Made by a program: the position numbers and the translations under genes. The notes beneath the pieces are model-generated. The model had not been told where the DNA came from and ran no database searches. It worked only from the letters and a program-made list of their open reading frames with translations. 64,000 nt of DNA from a bacterium (GTDB lineage Bacteria; Hydrothermota; Tepidihabitantia; Tepidihabitantales; Tepidihabitantaceae). The first letter of the stretch is position 1, and every line of letters begins with the position of its first letter. The stretch spans positions 10,673 to 74,672 of the forward strand of contig DATJQV010000075.1 in the NCBI GenBank assembly GCA_035505375.1, in the 5' to 3' direction. Shown piece after piece: positions 1 to 9,105 of this stretch.

Positions 1-2
1 GC

Positions 3-533
3 GGCAACACGCTCATCAGCAACGGTACGAACGGCGCAATGACTGAAGTGACCGCCGGCGCTGACGTCGTCTGGCGCTACATCAACCCGGTCGTCGACCC
101 GGGACCCCTTTACCAGGGCGAGACAACCGGCGTACCGAACGTGGTGTTCCGGGCGACACGTTACTCTCCTGACTACCCGGGACTGACGGGCCGATCACTA
201 GCGCCGGGCTATCCCATTGAGTTGTATCAGACCCCGCGCTCCGGAATCAGCGAGTCCCGAGGCGCATCGACGCGGTTCGCCGGCCTTCACGCCAGTCCGA
301 ACCCATTTGGCCGGCAGACCACGATTCGCCTGAGCCCGTCGCACTCGGCATCGGTCGCGCTCGGCATCTACTCGGTGGCTGGTCGACTCATTCGAACGCT
401 ACCGGTGAACGGCAAAGAGGTCGTCTGGGACGGCGCAGACCAGGCAGGCACGCCGGTTGGCCGCGGTATCTACTGCTGTCGGCTGCAAGGCCCGGGTCTC
501 AGCGAGTCGATGAAACTGGTTAAGGCCGAGTGA
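3..533 (+). CDS. 3'-terminal part of a secreted lectin/beta-propeller protein (5' end cut by window edge); paralog of 762..2921 and 6156..8333; ends in a Por/T9SS C-terminal sorting domain
   Basis: The frame is open from nt 3 (GNTLISNGTNGAMTEV...). Its last ~170 aa align with the tails of the two full-length paralogs (VVWRYxNPV..., RYxPDYPGL, GYPIELY). The tail ...NPFGRQTTIRLSPS...GIYSVAGRLIRTL...VVWDGADQAGTPVGRGIYCCRL...KLVKAE matches the T9SS CTD pattern. Confidence 0.6.
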   Translation, partial: GNTLISNGTNGAMTEVTAGADVVWRYINPVVDPGPLYQGETTGVPNVVFRATRYSPDYPGLTGRSLAPGYPIELYQTPRSGISESRGASTRFAGLHASPNPFGRQTTIRLSPSHSASVALGIYSVAGRLIRTLPVNGKEVVWDGADQAGTPVGRGIYCCRLQGPGLSESMKLVKAE

Positions 534-588
534 CCCCGACCGCCGGATGACCCGATGATTCTATCTACGTCCAAACCGGCCAGGCGGC

Positions 589-616
589 TTGACGCGGCAG
601 AGCACATTGCTAGAAT
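589..616 (+). promoter_or_regulatory. sigma70-like promoter TTGACG-N16-TAGAAT; predicted TSS near 623 gives a ~140-nt leader for the 762 gene
   Basis: -35 TTGACG at 589-594 and -10 TAGAAT at 611-616, with a 16-nt spacer. The same architecture recurs upstream of several other genes in the window. Confidence 0.4.
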
Positions 617-761
617 CTCTCACGCCGAGCCGGAAGACAATCTGCCGTTAGGGTCTGTGAGCGGCTTGCAGGCCGCCGAGTCCGGCCGCGCTCGAAGTCC
701 GGCACTGCCGGGCAGTAGACCCCACGCCGAATTGCACGCACGACAAGCTAAGGAGTACGTC

Positions 762-2921
762 ATGACGATACGAAGGTATTCATGGTCCTTCGCGGCCCTT
801 CTAGTCGGGGTCGCGCTTATCGCCGGCCTCGCCGGCGCAGCCCCCGAGCCATGGGTCCACCCGGACGGGAGCATCCACTACTATGATGCGATAAACACGC
901 CGTCAGGCATCAATTGGAACGTCGCCTGGGATTCGGCGCTCGGTCACGGCGGCTACCTCGCGACCATCACGTCGCAGGCCGAAAACAACTTCGTATTCAG
1001 TCTGATTGACTCGGCCCGCTACTGGTATCAGCGGTTCGGCACCAACAAACTGGCCGGCCCGTGGCTCGGCGGCTCGAAGTACTTCGGCTACTCTGACCCG
1101 GACAGCGGCTGGCACTGGGTCACGAATGAGAGCATGGGTTATCGCAACTGGTCCATGGGCCAGCCGGACAACCAGGGTGGTAGTGAGAACGCATTGCACT
1201 TCGGCGAGTCGGTCGGGGTACGGTCACCGCACTGGGACGACCTGAGCAGCCTCGACGACTCGATTCGTGGCTTCGTGCGCGAGCTCTCGGCCGATTCGAC
1301 CACGGTCGGGCTTCGGTACTGGGACACCTCGGCCTATGCGGGCTACACGCTGTTCGGCAACAACAACGGCCACGACATCTACTTGATCGACAATAATGGC
1401 CGCAGCATCCACCGCTGGCGCGCCGCCGACAAGACTGTGGGAGCGCTCTACCTGCTCCCCAACGGGCTGCTGTCCCAGATCGGCAACCTGAGCAACCCCA
1501 GCTTCCTCAACGGCGGACGCGTGTCGCTCCTCGACTGGAACGCCAATAAGGCCTGGTCCTTCGACTATTCCGACAGCACCCACTGTCTACACCACGACGC
1601 CATCTGGCTGCCCAACGGACACGTGGCGGCGATTGCCTGGGAGCTGAAGACAAAGGCGCAGGCGATCGCGGCGGGACGCGACACGACCAAGCTGACGCAG
1701 GGCAAGCTCTGGTCCGAGGAGGTAATCGAGGTCGACACTGCGACCGACAGCATCATCTGGCAATGGCACATCTGGGACCACCTTGTCCAGGACTACGACT
1801 CGACCAAGCTGAACTACGGCGTCGTTGGTAACCACCCGGAGCTCATCGACCTGAACTGGACCACCAACTACTCACCGCAGGCGGCCGACTGGATTCACGC
1901 GAACGCCCTTGACTATGACTCGGCGTTCGACCAGATTATGTTCAGCGCCCGCGGGTTCAACGAAATCTGGGTCCTCGACCACGGCACGACAACCAAACAG
2001 GCAGCCACTCACACCGGCGGCCGCTATGGCCACGGCGGCGACCTGCTCTACCGGTGGGGCAACCCCCAAGCCTACCGCCGTGGCGACAGCAGCAACATGC
2101 TGTTCCACGCCCAGCACAACTGTCAGTGGATTCGGTCCGGCCTGCGGGGCGCGGGCGACATCATGGTCGTAGACAACGGCCTGCAGCGCAGGGACTCGCT
2201 CTACACGACGATTATCGAGTTCACCCCGCCGGTGGACTCTACCGGCCATTACCCGACGCTGGGACCCGGCCAGCGGTACGGCCCTACGGGTCCGAGCTGG
2301 CAGTACATCGCCACGCCGCCAACGTCCTTCTACACGCCGCAGGTGGGCAGCGCCCAGCGGCTGCCGAATGGCCACACACTGATTTGCGAGGGCACCAAGG
2401 GCCGGTTCTTTGAGATCGGCGCGGACAGTGTCCTGACCTGGTGGTATAGAAGTCCGGTCATCGATACTACACCGCTGAATCAGGGCGATACGATTGCTCA
2501 CACCGACCAATGGACGTTGAAGACCATCGTCCACCGATCGCCTCGCTACCCGCTAAACTACGCCGGGCTGCAGGGCCACGACCTGACGCCCGGCTACCCG
2601 ATCGAGGTCTATCAGACCAAGCAGTACACTGGCCTGGCGCAAGCACCGGTCGCGGGCCGAGTTCGCGTCGGGCTGGCCGCGAGACCAAACCCCTTTGGCC
2701 GGCGCACCGCAATCCGCTTCAGTCTGCCGCAGAAGACGCTGGCCGCCATCGGCATCTACTCGGTTGACGGACGGCTGATTCGAAGCTTCTCGACCACGGG
2801 CGATCAGGTAGTTTGGGACGGCGCTGACAATGCCGGAAGGCAGGTCGCGCGCGGCATCTATTACTGCCGGCTCCATGGTCCAGCTTCCAGCGCCGCGACG
2901 AAGCTGGTCAAGACGGAATAG
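762..2921 (+). CDS. secreted multidomain protein: signal peptide, C-type lectin-like domain (QPD motif), ASST-like (arylsulfotransferase-like) beta-propeller, T9SS C-terminal sorting domain
   Basis: The supplied ORF spans 555..2921, but AAGGAG at 750-755 lies 7 nt before ATG 762, and MTIRRYSWSFAALLVGVALIAGLAGA is a signal peptide. The CTLD is supported by WDSALGHGGYLATITSQAENNFVFSLID...WLGG...GWHWV...YRNWSMGQPDNQGGSENALHFGE...HWDDLSS. Propeller-type motifs are IYLIDNNGRSIHRW, HHDAIWLPNGHV and IIWQWHIWDHL. The C-terminus ...NPFGRRTAIRFSLP...GIYSVDGRLIRSF...VVWDGADNAGRQVARGIYYCRL...KLVKTE is a Por_Secre_tail-like domain. Confidence 0.75.
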   Translation: MTIRRYSWSFAALLVGVALIAGLAGAAPEPWVHPDGSIHYYDAINTPSGINWNVAWDSALGHGGYLATITSQAENNFVFSLIDSARYWYQRFGTNKLAGPWLGGSKYFGYSDPDSGWHWVTNESMGYRNWSMGQPDNQGGSENALHFGESVGVRSPHWDDLSSLDDSIRGFVRELSADSTTVGLRYWDTSAYAGYTLFGNNNGHDIYLIDNNGRSIHRWRAADKTVGALYLLPNGLLSQIGNLSNPSFLNGGRVSLLDWNANKAWSFDYSDSTHCLHHDAIWLPNGHVAAIAWELKTKAQAIAAGRDTTKLTQGKLWSEEVIEVDTATDSIIWQWHIWDHLVQDYDSTKLNYGVVGNHPELIDLNWTTNYSPQAADWIHANALDYDSAFDQIMFSARGFNEIWVLDHGTTTKQAATHTGGRYGHGGDLLYRWGNPQAYRRGDSSNMLFHAQHNCQWIRSGLRGAGDIMVVDNGLQRRDSLYTTIIEFTPPVDSTGHYPTLGPGQRYGPTGPSWQYIATPPTSFYTPQVGSAQRLPNGHTLICEGTKGRFFEIGADSVLTWWYRSPVIDTTPLNQGDTIAHTDQWTLKTIVHRSPRYPLNYAGLQGHDLTPGYPIEVYQTKQYTGLAQAPVAGRVRVGLAARPNPFGRRTAIRFSLPQKTLAAIGIYSVDGRLIRSFSTTGDQVVWDGADNAGRQVARGIYYCRLHGPASSAATKLVKTE

Positions 2922-2946
2922 CGCTTGCGTCGCTAGCGAACCTTAG

Positions 2947-4362
2947 ATGGTCGCTGCCGGCCGGGTAGCCAGAGCATTGCTTGTGCTCGCGCTGCCTGCG
3001 CTGGCAGCGACGACTTTTCACCGGCAGTGGCACTGGTACAAGGCCGACGACGGCCGCTCAGCCGCGCAGCTCAACGACAGCGGGTATATCACCAGCGGGG
3101 TGGTGCAGGAATCTTCCGGTCTCTACGGCGTGGTGCTCGCCCGCATCGACCATCTCGGCGATACGACCTCGGTGCAGCGCTTCCTCAATCTGGATTCAAT
3201 CGGCGGCTTCTCATGCCGCCTGCCGGACGGTGGCTACGCGCTGCTGGCTGAGTCCGCGACGAAGATTCTGGTACGCAGGTACGGTGCGGCAGGTGATTCA
3301 GCCTGGGAGTACCGGTCTGCGTGGGGCGGCCCGATTTCTGCTCTCATGCCGACCTTCGACGGCGGCTGCCTTGTGGCCGGTCGGATTCCTGACACGGCCT
3401 ACTCCATGGGCGCCATCAAGCTGGCAGCGGATGGCCACGAGGAATGGAGGCACTGCTATTACGACCCAACGGTTTCCGCGTCCTCTGCCTACGGCGCTTC
3501 CCAGACCCGCGATTCAGGTTACATCCTCTGCGGTGACGCGAATGACTATATGGGGTCCTATCTGCGACTGGTCCGGCTGACGCCGGGCGGCGATACGGTC
3601 TGGGCCAGAATCTACGCTGGCACGGTCGGCCCGATGCTCAGCGACGTGCGGGAGATGTCCGACAGCGGCTTCCTTGCCGTCGGGTACGTGTTCGACACCT
3701 CGGGCCGCAATGCCTTCTACATGATGCGCACAGCCGGGGCCGGCGACACGGTCTGGACCCGCCGCCTCGCGCCCGCGGGTGCGGCTGCTCAGGCAGCGGC
3801 CATGTGCGCAACCAGCGACGGCGGCTTTGCCGTCATCGGCGTCGCGGACTGGGGTGACTCAGCTCGCGCCTGGCTGGTCAAGACCAACGCCTTGGGCGAC
3901 ACGGTCTGGACCGCGGTCCTGCCCGGCTCCGGACATGAGGTAGGCAATGATGTCGAGCAGACCGCCGACGGTGGCTACGTGATTGCCGGCACATCGGACG
4001 CAGGCGGCGGCAGCATGCTGCTGATCAAGACTGACTCGCTGGGCTATGTGGCATATGGCATTGCTGAGGACAAGCCACTCGCGGTCTCCGGTCGCATCGT
4101 CCTGTCAGTCGAGCCAAACCCCGCGAGCAGTCTCGTCCGCATCGCCTGCTCCCTGCCCGGCAACGATGCGTCCCGCATCACCCTGACGATGTACGATGCC
4201 CTCGGCCGGAAGGTATTCGCATCATCCGGTCTCCGGTCTTCGGTCTCCGGTTCCCGCACTTCGTCCTTCGTCCTTCGAACTTCGTCCTTTCCCCCGGGTG
4301 TCTACCTGCTCCGGCTCGCGTCCGGCGGTAGCTCCGCAGTCCGGAAACTGGTCCTCCAGTAA
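2947..4362 (+). CDS. secreted beta-propeller-repeat protein (recurrent GDTVW[TA]R blades) with T9SS C-terminal sorting domain
   Basis: N-terminal signal-like MVAAGRVARALLVLALPALAAT. Blade-like motifs recur about 45 aa apart (AAGDSAWEYRS, GGDTVWARIY, AGDTVWTRRL, LGDTVWTAVL). The C-terminus is VEPNPASSLVRIACSLPGNDASRITLTMYDALGRKVF...GVYLLRL...RKLVLQ. Confidence 0.7.
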   Translation: MVAAGRVARALLVLALPALAATTFHRQWHWYKADDGRSAAQLNDSGYITSGVVQESSGLYGVVLARIDHLGDTTSVQRFLNLDSIGGFSCRLPDGGYALLAESATKILVRRYGAAGDSAWEYRSAWGGPISALMPTFDGGCLVAGRIPDTAYSMGAIKLAADGHEEWRHCYYDPTVSASSAYGASQTRDSGYILCGDANDYMGSYLRLVRLTPGGDTVWARIYAGTVGPMLSDVREMSDSGFLAVGYVFDTSGRNAFYMMRTAGAGDTVWTRRLAPAGAAAQAAAMCATSDGGFAVIGVADWGDSARAWLVKTNALGDTVWTAVLPGSGHEVGNDVEQTADGGYVIAGTSDAGGGSMLLIKTDSLGYVAYGIAEDKPLAVSGRIVLSVEPNPASSLVRIACSLPGNDASRITLTMYDALGRKVFASSGLRSSVSGSRTSSFVLRTSSFPPGVYLLRLASGGSSAVRKLVLQ

Positions 4363-4420
4363 CCGGCCCCGCTTCCCGTTGCCGGCTTGACGCCATGGCC
4401 GCGCCAGCTAGACTCTAACT

Positions 4421-5845
4421 GTGCGTATAGGCGCTATCACTGGAATCGCAATAGCCCTGCTCCTGCTGCCCGGGCCGGCACAGGCAACGGTCACCTTCCA
4501 CCGCCAGTGGCACTGGTACACACAGGATGCGGGCCGCTCCGTAGCCCAGCTCACAGACAGCGGGTACGTCATCAGCGGCGGCTTGCAGGAATCCACCAGC
4601 ATCTTCGGTGTCGTGCTCGCCCGCACTGATTACCGCGGCGACACGACCTCAGTGAAGCGCATCCTCAATCTGGACGCAAATGGCGGTCTCTCCTGCCGGC
4701 TGTCGGACGGCGGCTACGCGCTGCTGGCCGAGTCCGGCGCGAAAATCCTGGTACGCAAGTACAATGCGTCAGGTGACTCGGTCTGGGAGTACCGGTCTGC
4801 CTGGGGCGGCCAGCTTTCTGCATTCACGCCGACCTTCGACGGCGGTTGCCTTGTGGCCGGCCGGATTCCGGATTCGTCCCCGTACAACATGGGCGCCATC
4901 AAGCTGTCGGCGGACGGCAACCAGCAATGGGCGCGCCACTACCACGAACCGACCATGTCCATGTCATGGGCCTTTGGCGCTGCCCAGACCAGCGACTCGG
5001 GCTACATCCTCTGCGGTGAAGCGACCAACTACTCTACGACCGACGTGCGCCTGGTCCGACTCAAGCCCGGCGGCGACACGGTCTGGACCAGGCTGTACAA
5101 CGGCCCGGTCGGCCCGATGCTCAACGACGTGCGGGAGATGGCGGACAGCGGCTTTCTTGCAGTCGGGTACATGTTCGACACCTTGACCGGCAACCGCGCC
5201 CTCTACATGCTGCGCACGAACTCCCGCGGCGACACGGTCTGGACGCGACACGTCGCGGACACGTTTGCGGCTCGTCAGGCAACAGCCATGTGTGCGACCA
5301 GAGACGGCGGCTTTGCGATCGCCGGGCAGATTGGCTGGACTGACTCCACTCGGGCCTGGCTGGTAAAAACCAACGCCCAAGGCGACACGGTCTGGACCTC
5401 GGTCCTGCCCGGCTCGGGAGATGAGGTCGGCGTTGATGTCGAGCAGACCGCCGATGGCGGCTACGTGGTCGCCGGCACGTGCGACTCGGCCGGCACGCCC
5501 GACAGCCTTCTGCTGATTAAGACCGACTCCCTTGGCCACGTGACGTCCGGAATAGCCGAGGGAAGCCGGCCTTCGCCCGACCACATCGCTTTCCGGGTGG
5601 CGCCCAGCCCGGCGGGCGGGATCGCACGCATCGAATACTCGCTGCCGGGCGGCGCTTCGGCCACCCTGAAAATGTATGATGCCCTCGGCCGGCAGGTGTT
5701 CTCATCGTCCGCCCTCCCGTCTGCGGTCTCCGATTCCCACGCTTCGTCATTCGTCCTTCGAACTTCGTCCTTCTCCCCGGGTGTCTACCTGCTCCGGCTC
5801 GAGTCGAGTCGCGGCTCGGCAGAACGCAAGCTCGTCATCGAGTGA
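4421..5845 (+). CDS. tandem paralog of 2947..4362: secreted beta-propeller-repeat protein with T9SS CTD (apparent GTG start)
   Basis: About 60 % identical in arrangement (TFHRQWHWY, GDTVWTR repeats, ...MYDALGRQVF...GVYLLRL...RKLVIE). The upstream element TTGACG 4387-4392 / TAGACT 4409-4414 would make the mRNA nearly leaderless, so the start assignment is uncertain. Confidence 0.7.
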   Translation: MRIGAITGIAIALLLLPGPAQATVTFHRQWHWYTQDAGRSVAQLTDSGYVISGGLQESTSIFGVVLARTDYRGDTTSVKRILNLDANGGLSCRLSDGGYALLAESGAKILVRKYNASGDSVWEYRSAWGGQLSAFTPTFDGGCLVAGRIPDSSPYNMGAIKLSADGNQQWARHYHEPTMSMSWAFGAAQTSDSGYILCGEATNYSTTDVRLVRLKPGGDTVWTRLYNGPVGPMLNDVREMADSGFLAVGYMFDTLTGNRALYMLRTNSRGDTVWTRHVADTFAARQATAMCATRDGGFAIAGQIGWTDSTRAWLVKTNAQGDTVWTSVLPGSGDEVGVDVEQTADGGYVVAGTCDSAGTPDSLLLIKTDSLGHVTSGIAEGSRPSPDHIAFRVAPSPAGGIARIEYSLPGGASATLKMYDALGRQVFSSSALPSAVSDSHASSFVLRTSSFSPGVYLLRLESSRGSAERKLVIE

Positions 5846-5906
5846 CTTGGCCGCCGGTCTGCCGTCGAAGCGCGCCAGTTAGACATGCCTCACCAGCCCG
5901 CAAGTT

Positions 5907-5924
5907 CCGGCCCTGAGGGGCCGG
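5907..5924 (+). terminator. weak hairpin CCGGCCC-TGAG-GGGCCGG downstream of the 4421..5845 gene
   Basis: 7-bp GC stem found by eye. The following tract (CTTCAATTCC) is only weakly U-rich. Confidence 0.3.
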
Positions 5925-5985
5925 CTTCAATTCCAGTCACTTCCGGCCTCGGCCAGCACCGCCCCGGACACCGCCCCGGACGAGC

Positions 5986-6013
5986 TTGACAGGGCTGCGC
6001 CCGAAGTTAGAAT
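5986..6013 (+). promoter_or_regulatory. sigma70-like promoter TTGACA-N16-TAGAAT for the 6156 gene (leader about 135 nt)
   Basis: TTGACA at 5986-5991 and TAGAAT at 6008-6013. The architecture matches the promoter at 589-616 in front of the paralogous gene. Confidence 0.4.
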
Positions 6014-6155
6014 CGGTTGTCTCTACGAGACTCGGTTTCATGTCAAGGCCTATCGGCACTTGTCGTTCTTCGGGGCCGGTCGTTTCCCAACGCCCGACCC
6101 TGCTGTCGCGCGGAGCGGCGCGGCCGCTGACGCGCACGGGGCTGCGTAGCCGGTC

Positions 6156-8333
6156 ATGACGAAACTGGTTCCCGGCAAGCTCGTACCGGCCTGGGTCGTT
6201 TTGTCCGCGCTTCTTGCCGGCCCTGCCCTCGCTCAACCGGAACCATGGCTGAATCCCGACGGTACAATCCACTATTACGAGGCAGTGGCCGTGCCCGGCG
6301 GCATCACGTGGGACGGCGCCCGCATCCAGGCGCAGAATGACGGCGGCTACCTCGCGACCCTGACCTCCCAGGATGAAAACGACTTCGTCTTCTCTCTGCT
6401 TGATTCGAGTGCGTACTGGTACCGGAGACCCGGGTCCGGCACGCTGGCCGGACCGTGGCTTGGCGGCTACCAGCCGTCCGGTTCGCATGAGCCGGACAGC
6501 GGCTGGCGGTGGGTCACGCCCGAACCCTTCGGCTTTCGCAACTGGTCCACGGGCCAGCCGGACAACGAAGGCAACGAGAACGCGCTCCATTTCGGCGAGT
6601 CGGTCGGCGTGCGGGTTCCAACCTGGAACGACCTGATAAGTACCGATGACTCCATCCGCGGCTACGTGCGCGAGCTCTCGGCCGAAAGGACAACCATCGG
6701 CCTGCTGCAGGACGACAGCGCGGCATCTGCCGGCTACACTATCTTTGCTCCGTGCCTGTCGAATCATACCTACCTGGTCGACGACAAGGGACGCCTCGTC
6801 CACTCGTGGCGGAGCTGGTTCATGCCCGGGCTTGCGGCTTACTTGCTTGAGAATGGCGACTTGCTGCGCTCTGCGAACGTCGGTAACCAGTATTTTTGCA
6901 CTCCCGGCGCCGGCGGTCGTGTCGAGGAGTTCGACTGGAACGGCAACCTCGTCTGGTCCTTCCCGTACTCCGACAGCGTGCACTGCCTGCACCACGACAT
7001 CAAGCGGCTCCCGAACGGCCACGTGCTGATGATTGCCTGGGAACGCAAGACCCGGAACGAAGCCATCGCTGCGGGCCGCAACCCGGCCAGGCTCTGGCAG
7101 GGCATGCTCTGGCCGGACCACATCATCGAAGTGGACCCGTCCACCGACAGCATTGTCTGGGAATGGCACATCTGGGATCACCTGGTACAGGACTACGACC
7201 ATACCAAGGCGAACTACGGGGTCGTGGCCGACCATCCGGAGTTGGTGGACATAAACGCTCTTGCCGCCTGTGACCGCTGGGGCTCGGCCGACTGGAACCA
7301 CACCAACGCGGTTGACTACAATCCGCAGTTCGACCAGATACTCATCAGCGTGCGCCAGCTCTGCGAGGTGATGGTCATCGACCACAGCACGACGACCGAA
7401 GAGGCGCACGGGCACTCAGGCGGCAGACAGGGCATGGGCGGAGATATCCTCTACCGCTGGGGCAACCCCCGGAACTACGACGCCGGGGACGCTTCCGACC
7501 AGAAGTTCTACTACCAGCACAACGCTCGCTGGATCGAGCCCGGTCTGCCCGGTGCCGGGCACATCATGGTTTTCAACAATGGCCGGGATCGTCCCTGCTA
7601 CTTCACCGGCGGACGCCATCCTGAAGACAGCAGCTACTCCACGGTCGAGGAGTTCATCCCCGCCTGCGACAGCGCCGGCGCCTATCCGCGGCCGTCGCCG
7701 TACGAGCCGTTCGGCCCGACCGCACAGAGCTGGATCTACCGCGCCAGCCCGCCGAGCAGCTTCTACACGCCGTACATGGGAGGCGCGCAGAGGCTGCCCA
7801 ATGGCAACACGCTGACCAGCCTTGGTCAACTGGGCACGCTGGCCGAAGTCACCGCCGACACCCACGTTGTCTGGCGCTACGTGAACCCGGTCACGGGATG
7901 TGGCCCCCAGCGCCAAGGCTACGTGCCGAAAGACAGCACGAACTCCGTATTCCGGGCTGAACGTTACGCACCCGACTACCCGGGACTGGCGGGGCGGGAC
8001 CTGACGTCCGGCTATCCTATTGAGCTGTACGGACCGCTGTCCGCCGGTACGAAAGACTCTGAACGTGTCGTAGCCAACGCCCTCCTTCGTGTGAGCCCGA
8101 ACCCGCTTGGTGCCCAAACCACAATCCGCCTCAGCCTGCCGCACGCAGCTCCGGCCGAGCTCGGCATCTACTCGGTAGACGGTCGACTGGTCCGAACGCT
8201 GCCGGCAACCTCCAATCAGGTTGTCTGGAACGGCACCGACAACTCCGGGCAGCGTGTCGGTCGCGGCGTCTACTACTGCCGGCTGCAGTGCGCTGGTTAC
8301 ATTAAGTCGGTGAAGCTAGTCAAGGCCGACTAG
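6156..8333 (+). CDS. secreted protein: signal peptide, C-type lectin-like domain (QPD motif), ASST-like beta-propeller, T9SS C-terminal sorting domain (paralog of 762..2921)
   Basis: Signal peptide MTKLVPGKLVPAWVVLSALLAGPALAQPEPW. CTLD motifs GGYLATLTSQDENDFVFSLLD...WLGG...GWRWV...FRNWSTGQPDNEGNENALHFGE. Propeller motifs HHDIKRLPNGHV and IVWEWHIWDHL. C-terminus ...NPLGAQTTIRLSLP...GIYSVDGRLVRTL...VVWNGTDNSGQRVGRGVYYCRL...KLVKAD. The 492-aa antisense ORF 5937..7415 is rejected. Confidence 0.8.
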   Translation: MTKLVPGKLVPAWVVLSALLAGPALAQPEPWLNPDGTIHYYEAVAVPGGITWDGARIQAQNDGGYLATLTSQDENDFVFSLLDSSAYWYRRPGSGTLAGPWLGGYQPSGSHEPDSGWRWVTPEPFGFRNWSTGQPDNEGNENALHFGESVGVRVPTWNDLISTDDSIRGYVRELSAERTTIGLLQDDSAASAGYTIFAPCLSNHTYLVDDKGRLVHSWRSWFMPGLAAYLLENGDLLRSANVGNQYFCTPGAGGRVEEFDWNGNLVWSFPYSDSVHCLHHDIKRLPNGHVLMIAWERKTRNEAIAAGRNPARLWQGMLWPDHIIEVDPSTDSIVWEWHIWDHLVQDYDHTKANYGVVADHPELVDINALAACDRWGSADWNHTNAVDYNPQFDQILISVRQLCEVMVIDHSTTTEEAHGHSGGRQGMGGDILYRWGNPRNYDAGDASDQKFYYQHNARWIEPGLPGAGHIMVFNNGRDRPCYFTGGRHPEDSSYSTVEEFIPACDSAGAYPRPSPYEPFGPTAQSWIYRASPPSSFYTPYMGGAQRLPNGNTLTSLGQLGTLAEVTADTHVVWRYVNPVTGCGPQRQGYVPKDSTNSVFRAERYAPDYPGLAGRDLTSGYPIELYGPLSAGTKDSERVVANALLRVSPNPLGAQTTIRLSLPHAAPAELGIYSVDGRLVRTLPATSNQVVWNGTDNSGQRVGRGVYYCRLQCAGYIKSVKLVKAD

Positions 8334-8984
8334 CCGCGGCGACGCGACAACAACCACAAAGCTCGCCCCGCGCACGAAGCCGGGGCGAGTTTCTTCCATG
8401 GCGAGGGTCTCGCCCGGGCCTCGAAACAGGGTCGATACCGTGTTCAATATCTCAAACCCGGCCTGTTCGGTCAGGCGCGCCACATCCTCGTACCGATCGA
8501 AATGGGCGTGGCTGAACAAAGGATGGCCCTGCCGGCCCCGTTCGAGGTAGCTCGATCCCCACTTCCCGTCACGGTCGAGATACGCGTTGACCAGCCGGCC
8601 TTCGGGCCTGAGCACTCGCCGGCATTGCCGCAACACCCTTAGCGGGTCTGAAAGAAACTCCCACGTCGTGAGCAGGAATACAGTGCCGAAGCTGGCGGCG
8701 CGGAACACCAGCTCCTCTCCCTCGCCGTACAGCACCTCAATCCCGCGCTGACGCGCCAGGGCGAGCAGGGCCGGGGACGGGTCGATGCCGAACGGGATAC
8801 CCAGGGCTTGAGCAAACCGGCCGGTGCCGACCCCGACCTCGAGCCAGGGCCTGGGGAGATCAGCCATCAGCGGCCGTAGTGCGGCCAGCTCGATCTCGAA
8901 CGCCAGCCGGCCCTTGCCGTCGTACCAGGCGTCGTATCCGGCGGCCAGCGTTTCGAACGGGTCCGATGGTGGAATGACGCTCAT
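8316..8984 (-). CDS. class I SAM-dependent methyltransferase (Methyltransf_11-like)
   Basis: Motif I LEVGVGTGRF and the overall approximately 220-aa Rossmann methyltransferase layout. It is convergent with the 6156 gene and overlaps it by 18 nt. Confidence 0.7.
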   Translation of the reverse strand: MSVIPPSDPFETLAAGYDAWYDGKGRLAFEIELAALRPLMADLPRPWLEVGVGTGRFAQALGIPFGIDPSPALLALARQRGIEVLYGEGEELVFRAASFGTVFLLTTWEFLSDPLRVLRQCRRVLRPEGRLVNAYLDRDGKWGSSYLERGRQGHPLFSHAHFDRYEDVARLTEQAGFEILNTVSTLFRGPGETLAMEETRPGFVRGASFVVVVASPRLVGLD

Positions 8985-9053
8985 GATGTCGGTGCCTTCG
9001 GTTCAAGTATGCGCAGCCGCGTGCAACAGTCAAGCGGCCGTTTCCGCCATCGA

Positions 9054-9081
9054 TTGACCCTCGTGAGACCTGCGCTATATT
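9054..9081 (+). promoter_or_regulatory. sigma70-like promoter TTGACC-N16-TATATT upstream of the 9106 gene
   Basis: TTGACC at 9054-9059 and TATATT at 9076-9081. Confidence 0.4.
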
Positions 9082-9105
9082 GGCCTGTGCCTGCCGGCTC
9101 GGACT

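Noticed and set aside
1872-2534. 220-aa minus-strand ORF, plus several 60-120-aa ORFs inside 555..2921 and 2947..5845
   Set aside because: They lie antisense to, or out of frame within, well-supported plus-strand genes. They have low-complexity R/A/G-rich products and no start context.
4387-4414. TTGACG-N16-TAGACT promoter-like element in front of the 4421 GTG start
   Set aside because: It would produce a leaderless transcript beginning with GTG, which is unusual. I kept it only as a note because the start codon of that gene is uncertain.
5937-7415. 492-aa ORF on the minus strand
   Set aside because: It is entirely antisense to the 6156..8333 lectin/propeller gene, which has clear domain homology and a signal peptide. 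Its R/G/P/V-rich composition is typical of GC-driven antisense artefacts.
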